A stretch of DNA of 28,306 nt from a virus. Taxonomy: Duplodnaviria; Caudoviricetes. The stretch covers positions 1 through 28,306 of IMG/VR virus record IMGVR_UViG_3300038530_001907. One strand, written 5' to 3'. A program made the translations under genes and the position numbers. Positions 25,722 through 28,306 of the stretch are shown in pieces (within the stretch, counting starts at the first letter, position 1; each line of letters begins with the position of its first letter). The notes beneath the pieces are model-generated. The model did no database searches. It worked only from the letters and a program-made list of their open reading frames with translations, and had not been told where the DNA came from.

Positions 25722-26486
25722 TCAGATAATACGAGACTTCTCGTGACCAACTCTGATGTTAGGATCACACCAAATCTCATATCCTGCTTCGATAGCATCT
25801 AGACAGAATGACACATCCTCTCCACACATGTCCTGAACTTCACCACTCTCAAAGACTTGCATCTTCGGAGCGAACCATGGATACTTGATCTTTTCGTCCT
25901 CGAAAACACCATGTTTGATGAGCAACCATCCGAAACCTGCATAATCAACTGTGAATGGTTTCTTACGCTTACTAATAGTCTCCAAGGTTTCGTGATTCAT
26001 CACTCCACCATTACTACGGAAATCATCTTCATCCATCCAGTGTGCTACAGAGGTTGTCTGTCCATCCTCAGTACAATACCAACCAGATGCGATGTCCTTG
26101 TCCATCAGAACCAATTGAAGGAACTTCTCTGTGTTAAAGACAATATCACTGTCAATCCACAGTTGCCAGTCATACTTCAGTTTTCCATCCCAGGGAATCT
26201 GATCAGGTCCACGCAGTACGTTTGCTCCAAGACACTTACAACGTGCAAAGTTTACCATGGAACTGTAGTCTTGAGAGATCTGAATACTACCTCCCATTTG
26301 TACAATGTCAAAACAAAGTTGTACAAAGTTCTTCAAATATGTGTATGATACTCCACGTCCAGGAAGACAGAATACTACTGACTTACCACGTACCATCTCT
26401 CTTGCTTTGTCGTAATCATACTTAGGAGCAGATCCTCCCTCACCCTTAGCGGGCGCTTTTGCTTTTACTGTAAATCCTTTTGCCAT
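25722..26486 (-). CDS. Glycosyltransferase-like protein, GT-A/GT2-like fold (254 aa)
   Basis: YDWQLWIDSDIVF (DxD), VDYAGFGWLLIK.GVFE, GEDVSFC and G..IWCDP.IRVGH motifs. The MAKGF start at 26486 is preferred, giving a leader after the promoter at 26525-26553. Confidence 0.8.
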   Translation of the reverse strand: MAKGFTVKAKAPAKGEGGSAPKYDYDKAREMVRGKSVVFCLPGRGVSYTYLKNFVQLCFDIVQMGGSIQISQDYSSMVNFARCKCLGANVLRGPDQIPWDGKLKYDWQLWIDSDIVFNTEKFLQLVLMDKDIASGWYCTEDGQTTSVAHWMDEDDFRSNGGVMNHETLETISKRKKPFTVDYAGFGWLLIKHGVFEDEKIKYPWFAPKMQVFESGEVQDMCGEDVSFCLDAIEAGYEIWCDPNIRVGHEKSRII

Positions 26487-26524
26487 AATTTGGTCAACTT
26501 GAAATGTGAATGCATTCAATGGTA

Positions 26525-26553
26525 ATTATACTATGAGAACTATCGTATGTCCA
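26525..26553 (-). promoter_or_regulatory. Sigma70-type promoter TGGACA-N17-TATAAT
   Basis: -35 at 26553-26548 (5/6 match), 17-nt spacer, perfect -10 at 26530-26525. Intergenic, upstream of the glycosyltransferase operon. Confidence 0.8.
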
Positions 26554-26724
26554 CTACTCCAGTTCGGTAACTACGATAGCGTCTCCATCAACCTCCATGT
26601 TTATCTCTGTCCCCTCATACCACCCAAACTCAGATATAATCCACTCAGGAACCTTGATGACATACTCCCCAGTTACTGTATCGACTTCTACAGACGAAAA
26701 ATTTTCTCCGCGATTTTTTTTCAT
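26554..26724 (-). CDS. AbrB/MazE/SpoVT-like DNA-binding protein (56 aa; alternative start 26745)
   Basis: VIKVPEWIISEFGWYEGTEINMEVDGDAIVV matches the swapped-hairpin pattern I.IP..I...LG...G..V...V.G..I.I. Confidence 0.7.
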   Translation of the reverse strand: MKKNRGENFSSVEVDTVTGEYVIKVPEWIISEFGWYEGTEINMEVDGDAIVVTELE

Positions 26725-26775
26725 ACAAGGTATTTCAGTTTTCATTTTTGTTTTATATAGAAAAACTTTGAGTTA

Positions 26776-26806
26776 TATAAAGACCTCGCGAAAGCAAGAC
26801 TTTATA
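26776..26806 (-). other. Stem-loop at the GC/AT boundary
   Basis: Minus strand TATAAAG-TCTTGC-tttc-GCGAGG-t-CTTTATA: 13-bp stem with two G-U pairs and one bulge. Confidence 0.5.
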
Positions 26807-26891
26807 GCTTAAAGGGACCCATGCCTTTTTAAAACGGGGGGGCACGCCGCCGGGGCGGGGCACTGGCCACCGCCACGACTGGCACAGGGGA

Positions 26892-27194
26892 TCACTGTCC
26901 CCAGAGCATCCGTGCTAGGCGCTCCCGCTTCCGCAGTGGCATCACCCGTTTGTAGGTGATATAGGGGCGCTTGCCGATTCTGTATTCGTAACGGCGGATC
27001 AGTCCTTCGCCTGCCATACGCTTCAGGAGCAGCGTTGCGGTTGTGCGTGCTTCCTTGGGCATCCCGAGCGCCTGATTAACCTCAGATACGCGGAGACCGT
27101 GGCGATCCTTGTCAGCGTCCATAGGCAGCACGGAGAGAACTGCCCACTCATAGGTAGCGCCGAACTTAGAACGATTGGTGATGGAAGTGAACAT
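26892..27194 (-). CDS. Putative winged helix-turn-helix protein (100 aa), early region
   Basis: Start reassigned to MFTSIT at 27194, 25 nt after TATAAT. GLRVSEVNQALGMPKEARTTATLLLKRMAGEGLIRR followed by a basic wing (RIGKRPYITYKR). Confidence 0.65.
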   Translation of the reverse strand: MFTSITNRSKFGATYEWAVLSVLPMDADKDRHGLRVSEVNQALGMPKEARTTATLLLKRMAGEGLIRRYEYRIGKRPYITYKRVMPLRKRERLARMLWGQ

Positions 27195-27256
27195 GTCAGG
27201 TTGGGTGGTTGACTTCTTTATTATAAGCACAGAAGGGACCGGAGTGCGATCCCTTC
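27195..27256 (-). promoter_or_regulatory. Early promoter cassette D: hairpin + TATAAT + C/A-rich leader
   Basis: GAAGGGATCG-cactc-CGGTCCCTTC (27256-27232), then tgtgct, TATAAT (27225-27220), and aaagaagtcaaccacccaacctgac-ATG. Confidence 0.7.
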
Positions 27257-27265
27257 CGAAAGTCT

Positions 27266-27541
27266 TCACAATCCGTCATGCCAGGGAGTGCCGAACGCTC
27301 CCATCATCTCATCGTCTGTAGGTTCCCAATTCTGGGATTCTTCCTCCCAGACTGCTTCAATCTCCCCGTACTGTTCTTCGGGTACGGTACGCCCGGTGAT
27401 CTGTTCATACCAGTCGCATGCATCCTCCCAGTCGCATCCTGGGTGCTCCTGAATGTATTCACGGAGACCGGGGAGGTCCAGCGGTTCAATCCGGTTGATC
27501 CGTGCTTCGTAGGAGTCCAGGGAAGAAGTGTGGAAGTCCAT
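27266..27541 (-). CDS. Highly acidic small early protein (91 aa)
   Basis: Has its own promoter cassette. 24 D/E versus 4 R and 0 K. C-terminal WEPTDDEMMGAFGTPWHDGL. Confidence 0.8.
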   Translation of the reverse strand: MDFHTSSLDSYEARINRIEPLDLPGLREYIQEHPGCDWEDACDWYEQITGRTVPEEQYGEIEAVWEEESQNWEPTDDEMMGAFGTPWHDGL

Positions 27542-27595
27542 GGTGGTTGGTTGGAACTGAAGAAATCATACCATAGATTCAGCGGATGGGCGAAA
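27542..27595 (-). promoter_or_regulatory. Early promoter cassette C: extended -10 TGG-TATGAT + C/A-rich leader
   Basis: tttcgcccatccgctgaatctaTGGTATGATttcttcagttccaaccaaccacc-ATG. TATGAT at 27570-27565. A 19-bp stretch (27556-27574) is identical to 28264-28282. Confidence 0.75.
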
Positions 27596-27676
27596 TGTCC
27601 GGGCACAAAGATTTTTCGTTTCGCCCGCCTGTTCTGTGGTAGATTGGAGATAGAACCTTTTTTAGGGGGGGGAGAG

Positions 27677-27692
27677 GGGGCATTGCTGCCCC
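27677..27692 (-). terminator. GC hairpin with GCAA loop after a stop codon (terminator or stabilising stem)
   Basis: GGGGCA-gcaa-TGCCCC, 8 nt after the stop at 27701. No U-tract follows, so it is not a canonical intrinsic terminator. Confidence 0.35.
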
Positions 27693-27700
27693 GTGTCCCG

Positions 27701-27946
27701 TCAGTCCACCTTGGTCACCCTGTAGGTGATGGCGATCAGATCCTCGTGATGATCGAACCATGTCCACCGGTAGGCGCTGCTGGGGTCATTCTGCCACTCG
27801 CAACGGTAGGTAAAGTGGGTGTACATGGGGCGATCGGCGGCACGCTTGATCGTCTGAGCACCTAGGGTCATGTTCGTTCCATCACGGAAAGTCAGAACCT
27901 CTTCCAACTTATAGGTGATGGTCGGTGATGAAAGGTTGGCAAGCAT
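27701..27946 (-). CDS. Small early hypothetical protein (81 aa)
   Basis: Start reassigned to MLANLSS at 27946, 21 nt after TATGAT. The track's 37-aa extension runs through the promoter cassette. Confidence 0.75.
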   Translation of the reverse strand: MLANLSSPTITYKLEEVLTFRDGTNMTLGAQTIKRAADRPMYTHFTYRCEWQNDPSSAYRWTWFDHHEDLIAITYRVTKVD

Positions 27947-28000
27947 TGGTGGGTTGCGACTGATCAAATCATACCATAGAAAGGGGCGCGGGTGCGCCCC
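27947..28000 (-). promoter_or_regulatory. Early promoter cassette A: hairpin + TGG-TATGAT + leader
   Basis: GGGGCGC-accc-GCGCCCC (28000-27983), then tttctaTGGTATGAT (TATGAT 27973-27968), and ttgatcagtcgcaacccacca-ATG. Confidence 0.8.
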
Positions 28001-28014
28001 GAATCTTAAAAGAA

Positions 28015-28251
28015 TCAGCGAAGGCGTTTCCAACCTTGTGCGGCGTTTTGACGCCATTCGATCCGGGCATCTTCCTTTGAGACGCTCAGATACTCCGTGT
28101 CGGTGATCATTAGGATCCGACCGTCATCGGTCGGCGTATAGGACACCGTATAGCCCCAGTGCGGGTAGTTAGGGTGCTGCTGAATGTAGGTCTCAGCAGT
28201 GTGGCGCGGGTGATCCGGAACGTAGGTGTGGTAGTTGCGGGGCAGAAGCAT
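28015..28251 (-). CDS. Small early hypothetical protein (78 aa)
   Basis: ATG 21 nt after TATGAT of cassette B. H/P/Y-rich N-terminal half. Ends AR.EWR....QGW. Confidence 0.75.
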   Translation of the reverse strand: MLLPRNYHTYVPDHPRHTAETYIQQHPNYPHWGYTVSYTPTDDGRILMITDTEYLSVSKEDARIEWRQNAAQGWKRLR

Positions 28252-28305
28252 TGGTGGGTTGCGACTGAAGAAATCATACCATGGATTGGGGGGAGTTGCC
28301 TCCCC
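28252..28305 (-). promoter_or_regulatory. Early promoter cassette B: GCAA hairpin + TGG-TATGAT + leader
   Basis: GGGGAG-gcaa-CTCCCC (28305-28290), then ccaatccaTGGTATGAT (TATGAT 28278-28273), and ttcttcagtcgcaacccacca-ATG. Confidence 0.8.
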
Positions 28306-28306
28306 T

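Larger units (their letters stand above)
27941..28282. repeat. Dispersed 37-bp direct repeat, 27941-27977 and 28246-28282 (35/37 identical)
   Basis: aagcattggtgggttgcgactga(tc/ag)aaatcataccat. It covers the -10, the leader and the first two codons (ATG CTT). A partial third copy lies at 27556-27577. Confidence 0.95.

Noticed and set aside
1602-26812. Many 60-163 aa plus-strand and alternate-frame ORFs in the track (e.g. 4257-4541, 16664-16921, 25857-26348)
   Set aside because: They lie almost entirely within well-supported minus-strand genes, have no recognisable motifs and look like shadow frames.
26746-26891. tRNA or known ncRNA family in the boundary region
   Set aside because: No cloverleaf or T-loop signature, and no family I can recognise by eye.
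27278-27865. 195-aa plus-strand ORF and alternate-frame ORFs 27304-27606, 27579-27767 and 27915-28106
   Set aside because: They run across promoter cassettes and homopolymer tracts. Long spurious ORFs are expected at high GC, and none has a cassette-type start.
27941-28282. 37-bp direct repeats as a CRISPR array or IS ends
   Set aside because: The copies are about 270 nt apart with a complete gene between them and include a promoter and start codon. No cas or transposase gene is present.

Overview
This window is a segment of a T4-like marine cyanophage (cyanomyovirus) genome, and every supported gene is on the minus strand. In transcription order (right to left) there are three zones. (1) A GC-rich block (~26835-28306) holds four small genes. 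Each has its own cassette of GC hairpin + sigma70-type -10 + short C/A-rich leader with no Shine-Dalgarno. The products include a winged-helix protein and a very acidic protein. (2) An intermediate-GC block holds an AbrB/MazE-like protein, a GT-A glycosyltransferase-like gene, two microproteins missed by the ORF track and conserved hypotheticals. (3) An AT-rich late structural block runs gp25-gp6-gp7 (3958 aa)-gp8-VrlC-like (2355 aa), then small accessory genes (one NblA-like) and the 5' part of a tail-fibre gene, with T4-type late promoters (NATAAATA/CTAAATA). The best leads are the modular hairpin-promoter cassette array with an inverted promoter copy, an NblA-like gene inside the late operon, and a recurring G-[IVLF]-x-T motif in outer virion proteins near a glycosyltransferase. 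Family assignments come from recalled motifs and gene order, not database searches.
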